Source: Candidatus Saccharimonadales bacterium | GTDB taxonomy: Bacteria > Patescibacteriota > Saccharimonadia > QS-5-54-17 | Assembly: GCA_040903985.1 (NCBI GenBank) | Contig: JBBDUI010000002.1 | Coordinates: forward strand, 29,361 to 93,360 | DNA: 64,000 nucleotides | Reading direction: 5' to 3' | Shown here: in pieces, positions 46,480-56,015 of the stretch | How positions within the stretch are numbered: position 1 is the stretch's first letter | Layout: each line of letters opens with the position of its first letter | Position numbers and translations under genes: made by a program | The notes under the pieces: generated by a model | Told to the model about the DNA's origin: nothing | Seen by the model: only the letters and a program-made list of their open reading frames with translations | Database searches by the model: none

Positions 46480-47175
46480 CTAGCTATCACGCAGTTCCGG
46501 CTTAGGATTAATGATACGGCGCAGCTGAGCTTGATCTTTTATGATGAGGTGTTTGTCTTTGGCGTTCACAATATCCTCTCTTCTGAGCCACTCCAACTCC
46601 CGGGATATCGTCTCCCGAGCCATACCTAAGCTATCGGCTAAGTCCTGATGGGTTAGGGGTAATTCGATGATTATCTGATCATAGAGCTCACTAGAGAACC
46701 GCTCAGCCAGGACTAGGAGATGATAGGCTAGCCTCTGCCGGGCGTGTTTAAGTGGCGAGGCTTCCACCCGACTCAGGTAAAGTTCGTAATTATTAATCAA
46801 ACTGACCACTAGCTCGCGATACCCTTCAGGGTGTCGCTCGAGATATTTCATCAGCTTATCTGCCGACTGAACATAGACCTCCACCGCCACGATTGCCTCG
46901 AAATATACCATCTCACGGAGATGGTAGGGCGAACGACCTAGATTAGCCCGTAGCGTTGGAGCTAACGGAAAGATCGAGCCTGGACCGTAGATACAAAGCA
47001 CATTATAGTTTCCCTCACTTGTTATAGCGTAAGACTTAACGTAGCCGCTCTCCAACATAAACACTGGGCTACCGTTTTTTTTAGAATCATAAATGATTTC
47101 TTCCTTATCAAACTGAGTACGTGTGCCGGTCTGAAAGAAAGAGGCTATGAGTTGAGGCTGAGACTGCTCGAGCAT
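46480..47175 (-). CDS. Crp/Fnr-family transcriptional regulator, paralog of 31837-32514
   Basis: MLESGYVKSYAITSEGNYNVLCIYGPGSIFPL parallels MVKSGFVKRYLITADGLQSIQSVYGAGSVFPL in the other copy. C-terminal HTH (ARETISRELEWLRREDIV). Confidence 0.75.
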   Translation of the reverse strand: MLEQSQPQLIASFFQTGTRTQFDKEEIIYDSKKNGSPVFMLESGYVKSYAITSEGNYNVLCIYGPGSIFPLAPTLRANLGRSPYHLREMVYFEAIVAVEVYVQSADKLMKYLERHPEGYRELVVSLINNYELYLSRVEASPLKHARQRLAYHLLVLAERFSSELYDQIIIELPLTHQDLADSLGMARETISRELEWLRREDIVNAKDKHLIIKDQAQLRRIINPKPELRDS

Positions 47176-47487
47176 AAAGGTTACTCTTTCTCACTAGGAT
47201 ACTTATCAGTATAGCTGATGACGTGATAAACATCACTGATACCCCCTCAGCTATGCGATATAGTTTAATTCCGAAACACATGTGATGTCATAGCCACACG
47301 TGAAACGGGTGAGGTAGAAAAGTAAATAAGGAGGTGCAATATATGCGTATTGCCTTAAATAAACTAGACCGTAGGGCGACGTCGGTACCCCTACGCTTAA
47401 TGGCCGAGCGCGAACGGCCGCTCTATGCCAACCATAGAGATCAACTCCGGCTACTGTATCGTAAAATTAATGATAGGAGTAGAAGTT

Positions 47488-47949
47488 ATGTATCACCCCG
47501 GCCCTACATTCATTACGCAGACCGGTTTTCAAAGTCTAAAAGATAGGCTCGATCAACTCGGTCGTAAGCGGACTAAACTCGGACACGATCTCCACGCCGT
47601 ACAAGAGCCTGGCAAACGCGTAGAGAATGGTAGTTTCTCTACGATCTGGGACCAGAAACTACAGATCGAGGAAACCATTCACGACATAAACGCCACCTTG
47701 CGTAATTCCAGCGTCATACAGCGGCCTACGCGACGTCTGCGCATAACCCTCGGTAGTCAGGTCAAGCTCAAAGGGGGTGACCAGATGCGCGAGTTCACCC
47801 TAGTCGACTCACCGGAAGCCAATCCGAGTATAGGTCTAATCTCCTATAAATCCCCGGCTGGTAGCTCACTGCTAGGCAAGCGCATCGGTGAGCAAGTGGA
47901 GATCGGCAACGGTAAGAAGATTACCTACACCATTCTCGACATCAACTAG
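47488..47949 (+). CDS. greA: GreA/GreB-family transcription elongation factor
   Basis: N-terminal coiled-coil region and a C-terminal FKBP-like motif (ISYKSPAGSSLLGKRIGEQVEIGNGKKITYTIL). ATG at 47488 preceded by a taggag RBS; the ORF is open upstream to 47425. Confidence 0.7.
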   Translation: MYHPGPTFITQTGFQSLKDRLDQLGRKRTKLGHDLHAVQEPGKRVENGSFSTIWDQKLQIEETIHDINATLRNSSVIQRPTRRLRITLGSQVKLKGGDQMREFTLVDSPEANPSIGLISYKSPAGSSLLGKRIGEQVEIGNGKKITYTILDIN

Positions 47950-48910
47950 CTGGATCACACTGTCCCTCCCAGTCACGCAGCGCCTCGCAGCTGTAGCGGA
48001 CTGGGAGCAGAAAATCTTCGAGTGAGTTTAAATACGTCATCGTGCGACTGGTTATATGTTTTACGAGATCCTCTTCGACATTAGGCTGAGTAAGACTGTA
48101 CTCGGCCTCCGCCGCCCAACGTAGGGTATGAGTGAATTCATGCACGATTGTAGAGTTTAATATCCAGTTCGGGTTCCTAATATAAGGTGGAGGTACCTGC
48201 TCTACATCCAACACCCCAGCCTCAGCATGCGTCGGATAGTCACTCAAAGCAGTAGACCCCGGCGCGATTACAATCGGATGGATACGCGGCTGCAGCTCGA
48301 TAATGTCCTGGAGCCACGATAACTCCTTAATTCGCCATGGCACTGAGCCTCCACTAGCGTGACAGCTAGAGCGGGCGCCCATCTCATTTACAGCGCGGCG
48401 TGATAGCTGCAAACCATTGATGCATTTGCGCGGATCACTACTAATTAAAATCGGTATCTCGTGACCGGCAAACTCGCCTGCACTGAGACGCTCTCGGAGA
48501 CACTCCATAGTGGCACTGAGACGGGGGATCTCATATGGAGCCTCGAAAGCAGCGAGTAAAAGCCGCTCCAGGCCATCGCTATCGATCAGTAGGTCTCCTT
48601 CGGAATAAATCCGCACGGTTATCCCGCTATCCTCCATATACCTCGACTCAATCTCGGAGAAGCTACTCAGTTGATCTAGGGTCTCGTTCAAATTAACTTG
48701 AGTTAAATCCTCATGCTGAAGTGGGTTACGCGAGTTATGATTCGGTATCTCTAGCTCCGACTTCACATCTGGCAGTTCACAACCAGGAAAATCAGGCACG
48801 GCTTCCGGCTGAGCAGAGCCAGCTCCACTACTACAGCCCGACAGCGCTAAACTGCCGGCAGCTAGATAGACTGCCAGTTTCGGGGCACGATTTCGAGCTA
48901 CAAACTCCAA
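47942..48910 (-). CDS. Putative lipoprotein with an HExxH zinc-metallopeptidase-like motif
   Basis: Signal peptide plus lipobox (LALSGCSS). HEFTH motif near the C-terminus (IVHEFTHTLRW). Confidence 0.45.
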   Translation of the reverse strand: MEFVARNRAPKLAVYLAAGSLALSGCSSGAGSAQPEAVPDFPGCELPDVKSELEIPNHNSRNPLQHEDLTQVNLNETLDQLSSFSEIESRYMEDSGITVRIYSEGDLLIDSDGLERLLLAAFEAPYEIPRLSATMECLRERLSAGEFAGHEIPILISSDPRKCINGLQLSRRAVNEMGARSSCHASGGSVPWRIKELSWLQDIIELQPRIHPIVIAPGSTALSDYPTHAEAGVLDVEQVPPPYIRNPNWILNSTIVHEFTHTLRWAAEAEYSLTQPNVEEDLVKHITSRTMTYLNSLEDFLLPVRYSCEALRDWEGQCDPAS

Positions 48911-48916
48911 CCTAAT

Positions 48917-49966
48917 CTACCGGCTAAACTCTTCGACCTCGGTTTGGTCGAAAATATTATCTATGAACTGTTGAATCTCACTAAAACCGCCACTTCGTGG
49001 TACCAGAGAAGACCCAGCTTCATTTTGAACCGGTACTAACAGATTTGAAGTGTCGATCACATACTGGCTTGGAGTCTCAGCATCAAGTTGGCGGGCCAGA
49101 TTAGCCAGCTTGAACATCTCTAGTCGTGTTAAGTTGGTCGTAACGTGTGCTTCAAAGACCGCTAATAATGATCGTATAGTCGAAAAGTCAGTTAGTACTT
49201 CTCGACGCATGATCTCCGTCTGCAGTGCCACCACGACCTGCTGCTGGCGGTGAGCGCGATCAAAGTCACTGGTCGTCGTCTGACGCGAACGAGCATAGCG
49301 CAGAGCAGTTTGTCCATCAAAGTGGTGTTCTCCCGCCTCGATAACTAACGGTTCATAACCGTTATAGCCGGGGGCTGGATAGAAAGGATCCTCCAACAGC
49401 TGTTCGACTTCGACCGTGATCCCTCCGACCGCATCGATTATTTTCTCAAAACCTTCGAAGTCAAGAGCTAGATGGTAGTGGATCGGAATGTCAAAGTGCT
49501 CCTCAATCGTAGCGGCCGTCAGCGCTGGTCCACCACCGCGATAATCGTAATTTTCTCCGTAGGCGTGAGCGGCATTGATCTTAGCTGAATCAAACCCAGG
49601 GATAGAGACGTACAGATCTCGAGGGATACCGACTATGGCCATCTTTGGACGCTCGCTATCTGAGTGATCGATGCTAATCAGCATTATCGTATCGCTCAGC
49701 TTTGCCGCCTCATCCACGCCTAGAACTAGTAGATTCGTCCTCCCGGCGTGATTAGCCAACGGGATAACTCGTACATACCAATAGCCAGCAGCGATTAAGA
49801 GGGCGGCCGCTAGAATAATAACTGCAACTGCTGCTAGAACGAGTTTAAGTAAGTGATGGTGTTTGGGCTTCTCACTATGACGCGCCTTTCTGCGTTCACG
49901 ACGAGTTGGCTTATGGCTCTCCTCCGGAGATTTATCATCAGGTTGATAGTAAAAATAATCGATCAT
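48917..49966 (-). CDS. LytR-CpsA-Psr (LCP) family cell-wall polymer transferase
   Basis: N-terminal basic region plus TM anchor. LCP core motifs (NLLVLGVD...SDTIMLISID...IPRDLYVSIPG...KINAAHAYG). Start chosen at the internal MIDYFYYQ; the ORF is open upstream to 50110. Confidence 0.78.
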   Translation of the reverse strand: MIDYFYYQPDDKSPEESHKPTRRERRKARHSEKPKHHHLLKLVLAAVAVIILAAALLIAAGYWYVRVIPLANHAGRTNLLVLGVDEAAKLSDTIMLISIDHSDSERPKMAIVGIPRDLYVSIPGFDSAKINAAHAYGENYDYRGGGPALTAATIEEHFDIPIHYHLALDFEGFEKIIDAVGGITVEVEQLLEDPFYPAPGYNGYEPLVIEAGEHHFDGQTALRYARSRQTTTSDFDRAHRQQQVVVALQTEIMRREVLTDFSTIRSLLAVFEAHVTTNLTRLEMFKLANLARQLDAETPSQYVIDTSNLLVPVQNEAGSSLVPRSGGFSEIQQFIDNIFDQTEVEEFSR

Positions 49967-50474
49967 TAACTCTATTCTACTGCTAAATGTGAAAAATAAA
50001 CAAAAAGGACATAATTTGCATCGTTCGAAAATGCTCGCTACACTACACCTCATGCGACGTAAAACTCCAGCCAGCCACCCTATCACTATCGCTGTTCTAT
50101 TAGTGGTCATGGTGGGGGCGAGCGTTTTCCTCCTTCAGCAGCCAGATCAGGTCGAGCTGTCTACTAATGAGACGGCCAGTCAGTCTACTGAATCCGACTC
50201 TACCGGCTCAGTTCCTCTCGACATCGACAGCATTGGTGATCTGTCACAAATTGTACCGACCGGTAGTACCTCACCCCAGAGCACCAGCTCAAACCCACAA
50301 CCGACTCAAGGCAGCAGTACCTACGCGCAATTCGAGGGCACCCAGCAAACCGTTCAGCCGCAAGCTAGCACCGCCAACTAGCGGCACCATTTTCGTAATA
50401 AATTTATTTGCGATCGTCAAAAAAGTCGTTACAACCTACGCCACCTAGGAGTGAATTGCAGGGGAGAAACGTCT

Positions 50475-50505
50475 AGCTAGCACTCTTGACGGTAGAGTGC
50501 CAGCT
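50475..50505. promoter_or_regulatory. CIRCE-like inverted repeat (aGCTAGCACTC-N9-GAGTGCcAGCT) overlapping a putative promoter (TTGACG, 17 nt, TAAAAT) upstream of hsp20
   Basis: The core TAGCACTC-N9-GAGTGC matches the CIRCE consensus TTAGCACTC-N9-GAGTGCTAA at 14 of 18 positions. The arms form an 11/12 inverted repeat. It lies 46 nt upstream of the Hsp20 start. Confidence 0.5.
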
Positions 50506-50550
50506 GAGCTAAAATTAAAGTACGTAAGTAACTTATAAGGAGGTACCACT

Positions 50551-51000
50551 ATGGCACTTATTCGTTATAACAACCCCTTTAAAGAGTTGGAAGAGATGCA
50601 AAACCAGCTCAATAAGCTATTTGACGAGTCATTAACTTCAACCGCGAGGTCAGGGCTGACTACACCTACAGCCGATGTCTACATGAACGAGGATGAAGAC
50701 AAGCTCATCGTCGAAGCGCACCTGCCGGGCTATGAGCAAGACGACGTCGAGTTGCAAATCGAGAACGGCGCGCTCATCATCCGGGCCGACCGCCAGGAAC
50801 GAAAGGAGCAGGATGAGAAGCGTAAGTACATCCTGCGAGAAAGCTCCAGCAGCTACTACCGCCGGATCGGTCTGCCGAAAAATGTCGAAGCCGATAAGAT
50901 TATGGCCAACTTCGACAACGGTGTACTAGAAGTGAACGTACCGTTTAAGGAACTACCGAAGCCGCAAACCGTCAAGATTGAAGGAAAAAAGAAGAAGTAG
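50551..51000 (+). CDS. Hsp20/alpha-crystallin family small heat-shock protein
   Basis: Alpha-crystallin domain pattern (...DVYMNEDEDKLIVEAHLPGYEQDDVELQIENGALIIRA...GVLEVNVP). Strong RBS aaggaggt. Confidence 0.9.
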   Translation: MALIRYNNPFKELEEMQNQLNKLFDESLTSTARSGLTTPTADVYMNEDEDKLIVEAHLPGYEQDDVELQIENGALIIRADRQERKEQDEKRKYILRESSSSYYRRIGLPKNVEADKIMANFDNGVLEVNVPFKELPKPQTVKIEGKKKK

Positions 51001-51088
51001 TCAGTACCACTAATCATTGCGATCCGCCTCTCGTTTACACACTGCATTTAGTGTTGTATAGTATAGACAATTTAGTGGAGATATACGG

Positions 51089-51487
51089 ATGCATGAAAAA
51101 AACGGCCTGCGATTTACGAGCTGGGACGATGTAAAAGAACACGAGGGTACGGACACTATCGAGCGCATAAGCCCTAACTGCGATCTCGACCGGCCCGATT
51201 TGCCCGATGAGTTACGTGAGGAGATGCAGGCGCTTTATCCGCCCGAAAACTGGGGGCCGCTCTGGGATCTAGAGGAGCGCCGCAGTTTTATGTTTAACCG
51301 CATCATCAGTGTGGCCGCAGAGGGGGAGATCGATGCAAGAACGATTGTAGCTGCATATCGCTCCCGAGATGCGTTGCAAAAACTAAAAGAAGATGCGAAA
51401 ACTCTACTTCGCCGCCAAGCCGCCAGAAATGAATTTCGTCGCCTAAAAATAGCTAGTCGTAGCCTCGAGACGGCGGACACAGCCTAG
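51089..51487 (+). CDS. Hypothetical protein (132 aa)
   Basis: ORF. No motif recognised. Confidence 0.45.
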   Translation: MHEKNGLRFTSWDDVKEHEGTDTIERISPNCDLDRPDLPDELREEMQALYPPENWGPLWDLEERRSFMFNRIISVAAEGEIDARTIVAAYRSRDALQKLKEDAKTLLRRQAARNEFRRLKIASRSLETADTA

Positions 51488-51518
51488 TTAAGATCTGGCT
51501 ACACCAAACGCTATATTC

Positions 51519-52115
51519 TTGTACCATAGAGGTATGAGTTTGTATCAATCCTTAACTCAACTACCGACCGCCCAGGCGGCTCAACTCCTGCTAGGACAGA
51601 CGCTCGTACGTAGCCAGGGCACTACGGTGCTGGCCGCGCGAATCGTCGAGACTGAGGCCTATCATCAATCAGATCCGGCCGCCCACACTTTCCACGGTCC
51701 TAGTAAGCGCAACCAAACGATGTTCGGTCCGGCTGGACACGCCTACGGTATGCACCACTGTCTTAACGTCACTGCCGGCGAAGCAGGGGAGGGGGCTGGG
51801 GTGTTAATCCGAGCCATCGAACCGCTAGAGGGACTTGAAGCTATGGCTCGAAATCGTAAACTGCCCCGTGTAGTGCTAGATACTGCTGACGGCATCCGTC
51901 AGCTCGGCAGTGGGCCGGGTAAGCTAGCTCAAGCTCTCGGTATCACTCTCGAACTAAACGGCCACGACCTAACCCGACCGCCCCTGCAGCTCATTGAGAC
52001 GGGTACGGTAACCCCGACAAGCATCGTCACTACCACCCGCATCGGCATCACTAAAGCGGCCAGTGAACCACTACGATTCTATATTAAGGACAGTTCGTTT
52101 ATCTCGCGTCCTTAG
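51519..52115 (+). CDS. mpg: DNA-3-methyladenine glycosylase (Mpg/AAG family)
   Basis: GTTVLAARIVETEAYHQSDPAAHTFHGPSKRNQTMFGPAGHAYGMHHCLNV matches the conserved AAG/Mpg core. Confidence 0.85.
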   Translation: MYHRGMSLYQSLTQLPTAQAAQLLLGQTLVRSQGTTVLAARIVETEAYHQSDPAAHTFHGPSKRNQTMFGPAGHAYGMHHCLNVTAGEAGEGAGVLIRAIEPLEGLEAMARNRKLPRVVLDTADGIRQLGSGPGKLAQALGITLELNGHDLTRPPLQLIETGTVTPTSIVTTTRIGITKAASEPLRFYIKDSSFISRP

Positions 52116-54532
52116 TAACGGTCGGCTTGCTTCCGGCTGGAGTAAAAGTAGTAGGCGAAACTCATGATGAGTAGCAAGATTAACAGCCACCACCATAGGC
52201 TCATATCGCTGTCTGCTACCAGATCGACTTCAGCTTCTGTCTCGTTCTCATCCGTAGCCTGGAGTACTTCACCGTCGTCCTGACTCTGTGCAATTATATC
52301 GTTATCGTCCTGTGCACCTAATACTTCACCTTCAGAGTCAGCTGTAACACCAGTGTTGGTACTAGTTTGCTGAGCTGGCTCTTCTGTGTCGGTATCGTCA
52401 TCATCTTCCACTGCCGGATCTGCACTTAGGGCTGCGAAAGTGGTGAAATGCCATGTCAGGATCTCGGTATTGCCATCGACAATCTCATAACATTCACCAT
52501 ACGCCAAAGGATTAACACCATTACACTTAGAGATCATCTCCCATCCACCATCAACTGCGTAGCCCACATTGTTTGCTTCCACGCCTTCGAGAACGACAGT
52601 AACTATCTTGTCGAATATCAATGTTGCACTATCAGAGCCGACTTTTAAGGCCGTACCGTTAAACGTAAAGCCGCTCGGAGCAGCTACATTAGTATCTGCG
52701 CGAGGTGGAGATAGTTCTCCGTTCCAGCTAGATGGGGCCGATATAGTTGTATCATCTGGTATCGTTACGAGTACATTCGACACTGTAGATGCACTACTTC
52801 TAATCTCAATTGGCACAGAGCCTAAGGAGTTTAATTGTACCCGCCGCTCAACGACTATATCTACCCCGTTAACACTAAGTGTATCGGCAGGTCCATCCAC
52901 TACCTGGCTACTTAAATCGAGCGAGGTATTGTCACTAAATGCTATGTGGTTAATATCACTCGGTAAATCAGCATTACCTGGTGTAGTACCGCCAGGCGTA
53001 GGTGATCCTGATCCAACTACTATAGTATCGTTTGAGTCAGTTGTACTCTCGCTAGCCTCCTCGATCGTAGTGAAGATTGTGCAATATTTAACTGTAGCTG
53101 CAGTACATGTTCCGTTGCCACCCTGAATGTAGATTGCTTTATTGAAAGTATTGTCAGCTATAAGAGCCGATACATGGAAATCTGAACCATCTATAATTGG
53201 TTCATAGTCTGCGCTCGTGTAAGCTTTAGCGGCTATCCCGCCCGAAGCGATGTTAAATTCATTGTCAACGATGTTGTTGTCGACAACTACCCAAGAGGTA
53301 GAGCCGACACCAAGACCTTCATCTGTAGCAGTCACATCATTATCACTAACAGTATTACCACTGTTCTGTAGGCTTATACCATGTCTAGCATCTATATCAT
53401 TTCCTGAAATTAGAGCACTACCTACGGAATATTGAGTGGTGGTCTGAATACCCGTCAAAGTGTTAACGATGCGGTTAGACTCAACCGTTACTCCTATACC
53501 TGATACAGAGACACCTACATTAGAACCAACTGCAGTACTTTCGATTCTGAATCCCCGCAAAGTAGTACCATCGGCGCGTAGATCAACTAGACGCCCAGTA
53601 TTACCTATAATTGTCGGGCTTAAGCTGGTAACAGCCTCGATTGTTAGCCCTGAATTACCACCAAAAGAAGTGCCAACTGGAGCATAAGTACCGGCACCAA
53701 CTCTAACAGTTGAATCTGCAGGTGCTAAGTTAACTACATCTTGAAGAGTATCACCGTCATGAACTAAAAACGCACCATCTGCAGCGAACTTAAGTAAGGG
53801 ACTATTGCGATAGTCACCAATCGCCCACTGAGTGTCTTCTTCAAACTCGAAACTATTAGAGTTAAGTAAGCTCGTCAAGTCTCCGCCACTAAGTAATGTA
53901 ACGTCAACACCTAGACCAATACCTTCATTGTTATTAATAAAGGTATTGCTGGAAATTAGCAGTCCTTCAACTCCATCAGTACTACCTATACCTGCTTCAT
54001 TATCGATGAAGACGTTACCGACAATCGATACATTAGTAGGAGCTGTACCAGCAAACTGCAGAGAAACTCCAGTATTAAATCCGGCAATTGTGTTGTTACT
54101 AATAGTCAAACCGTCACTTCGCGCCGAGCCGATACCACGATCGATTACGTCTGAGCTGCCAACTATCTCAAAGCCGTCGATGGTTACATTATTTGCATCA
54201 AATACACGAATTTCCCCCTCGATAATAGCATCGCCTTCAGTTAACGATTCTAAAGTTAGGCCATTCTGGTTGATTAGAATATCCTCGTCATAGTTACCAG
54301 CTTCTACGCACACTGCTCTATCATCTGTGGTAACAGCGTCAATAGCAGCTTGGATAGTCTCGTAATCTTGTCCTCCACCAACTCTGATATCACAGTGATC
54401 GGTAGCCGATACAGACACTGGCACAAGAGCGAGAGTACTCGCAAACACTAGAGAAGCGACCGCTAGTGTGTGGATCGCCTTAGTTAAACTTTTAATCTTT
54501 CGCTCTACCCACCCTGGTATAGCGTTGCCCAT
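52112..54532 (-). CDS. Large secreted right-handed beta-helix repeat protein with N-terminal signal/TM and C-terminal TM anchor (surface protein, possible polysaccharide-modifying)
   Basis: Repeated parallel beta-helix-type motifs (ISNNTIAGFNTGVSLQ, GNVFIDNEAGIG, ISSNTFINNNEGIGL, ISGNDIDARHGISLQNSGNTVSDNDV). Acidic Asp/Glu-rich spacer. C-terminal hydrophobic anchor WWWLLILLLIMSFAYYFY followed by basic residues. Confidence 0.65.
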   Translation of the reverse strand: MGNAIPGWVERKIKSLTKAIHTLAVASLVFASTLALVPVSVSATDHCDIRVGGGQDYETIQAAIDAVTTDDRAVCVEAGNYDEDILINQNGLTLESLTEGDAIIEGEIRVFDANNVTIDGFEIVGSSDVIDRGIGSARSDGLTISNNTIAGFNTGVSLQFAGTAPTNVSIVGNVFIDNEAGIGSTDGVEGLLISSNTFINNNEGIGLGVDVTLLSGGDLTSLLNSNSFEFEEDTQWAIGDYRNSPLLKFAADGAFLVHDGDTLQDVVNLAPADSTVRVGAGTYAPVGTSFGGNSGLTIEAVTSLSPTIIGNTGRLVDLRADGTTLRGFRIESTAVGSNVGVSVSGIGVTVESNRIVNTLTGIQTTTQYSVGSALISGNDIDARHGISLQNSGNTVSDNDVTATDEGLGVGSTSWVVVDNNIVDNEFNIASGGIAAKAYTSADYEPIIDGSDFHVSALIADNTFNKAIYIQGGNGTCTAATVKYCTIFTTIEEASESTTDSNDTIVVGSGSPTPGGTTPGNADLPSDINHIAFSDNTSLDLSSQVVDGPADTLSVNGVDIVVERRVQLNSLGSVPIEIRSSASTVSNVLVTIPDDTTISAPSSWNGELSPPRADTNVAAPSGFTFNGTALKVGSDSATLIFDKIVTVVLEGVEANNVGYAVDGGWEMISKCNGVNPLAYGECYEIVDGNTEILTWHFTTFAALSADPAVEDDDDTDTEEPAQQTSTNTGVTADSEGEVLGAQDDNDIIAQSQDDGEVLQATDENETEAEVDLVADSDMSLWWWLLILLLIMSFAYYFYSSRKQADRY

Positions 54533-54746
54533 TACGAACTCCTTTTAAGTTTATAGATCTATAAATATGGTGTCGTGGGTTCGCTACTAGCTCGATGTAT
54601 TTCAAGCGACCAGGTGAAAAATACACTTCAACGCTGACTTTTTGCCTGTTTTAACTGTTTTTATTGTAGTTATCCTAATCACGGCAGAATAGAAAATAAC
54701 AAGCATGAACATTATCTAGAAATATTTCAAATAAACCACATCCGAG

Positions 54747-56015
54747 CTACTTCTTATCTAACACCGTAATAGTAGCTTCTTCGAGTACTTCGAGCAGCTT
54801 CTGCGCCTGAGCGGCGGCAGTGTAATGCGCGACTATCCGGCGGCTCTCCGCACCCATCGTTTTACTTAGCACCGGATTAGATATAATGTCGGCCACCTTT
54901 TGCGCAAAATCGTCCACGTCATTGTGAGCAAAATAGCCATTCACGCCATCCTGCAACACTTCGGTCACTTCGGGATCACAAATCACTAACGGCAAACCGA
55001 GCTGAGTCGCTTCATGTAGTACTAGGCCCTGTGTATCGGTCAGAGAAGGAAAGACGAAGACGTCGCCACTGGCATAAGCGGCGCCAAGCTCTGACCGTGC
55101 TATCTTACCGGTGAATATGATGTCTTGCGCGTGAGTCTGCTCGGCGGCTAACTCTTTGAGCAAGGGTACGTGCTGATTACTGTCTCCGACCAGGATCAGT
55201 TTAGCCTCCGGCACTCGCAGCTTAATCTGGTCGAACGCCCGAATTGCCAACTCTAGGTTCTTCTCACTGCCTAGACGGCCGACATTTAATATTATTTTAT
55301 CTTTCGCACCTAACCCCCAGCGTTTCCGAAACTTATCGATTGCAGCCTGATCAGTACCAAGCGGAGTGATACCGGTCGGGATGACGTGAATCGGGGCAGT
55401 AGTCTTCCAAGCGCGCAGCTGAGCGGCTACCTTGCGTGAGGGAGATACAACTGCCTGACAGCGGTTATGCAGTACGGTTAGCATCTCAGCCACTAATTTC
55501 TGCGTCCAGTGCTCTGTCTCATCACGCTGGGAGAGTGAGGTTAGAAGTTTACGCAGTTCCGGAGCTTTAGCCCCTAAAGTAAGTGGAGAGCCCATCACCT
55601 GGGCAATCACAGCCGGCACCACCCGTGGGTAGTGCCGAATATATTCATATAAATCGGTACAGTACATTGCCACTAAGGGCGTATCATTCTTCAGTGCAGC
55701 ATATACACCTAGCATGCCAATCTGCCCTGGAGTAGTAAACTCAATCACATCGAGCTGGAGCTCGCGAATTCGCTTGACCTGCTTGGGCGGGAAGAAGAAG
55801 CTAGTCATCTGGTCCTCGAAAAAAACGTCTTTTATAGCCGGTATGCGCAAGATGCGACTTGCTTCGTCATAGACTACTCGTTTTATCTTAATGCCCGGGG
55901 CTACTACGAACACTTCGTGTCCCAGCGCCTCCAGCTCACGCTTCGTCTCATCGACTACAAAAGTGATGCCGTTAATGGTCGGGTGGTAGGTGTCAGTAAA
56001 GATGCCGATGCGCAT
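54747..56015 (-). CDS. Glycosyltransferase family 4 (GT-B fold)
   Basis: C-terminal GT4 signature (GDVFVFPSLTDTQGLVLHEATQLGLPLV) with the EX7E-like pattern. Confidence 0.85.
   Translation of the reverse strand: MRIGIFTDTYHPTINGITFVVDETKRELEALGHEVFVVAPGIKIKRVVYDEASRILRIPAIKDVFFEDQMTSFFFPPKQVKRIRELQLDVIEFTTPGQIGMLGVYAALKNDTPLVAMYCTDLYEYIRHYPRVVPAVIAQVMGSPLTLGAKAPELRKLLTSLSQRDETEHWTQKLVAEMLTVLHNRCQAVVSPSRKVAAQLRAWKTTAPIHVIPTGITPLGTDQAAIDKFRKRWGLGAKDKIILNVGRLGSEKNLELAIRAFDQIKLRVPEAKLILVGDSNQHVPLLKELAAEQTHAQDIIFTGKIARSELGAAYASGDVFVFPSLTDTQGLVLHEATQLGLPLVICDPEVTEVLQDGVNGYFAHNDVDDFAQKVADIISNPVLSKTMGAESRRIVAHYTAAAQAQKLLEVLEEATITVLDKK

Noticed and set aside
48721-50448. Plus-strand ORFs 48721-48915, 49050-49253, 49989-50381 and 50167-50448 around the LCP gene
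   Set aside because: Most are antisense to the lipoprotein and LCP genes. The 49989-50381 ORF could be a real divergent small secreted protein (hydrophobic segment IAVLLVVMVGASVFLL), but it overlaps the LCP 5' region and lacks an RBS, so it is left unannotated.
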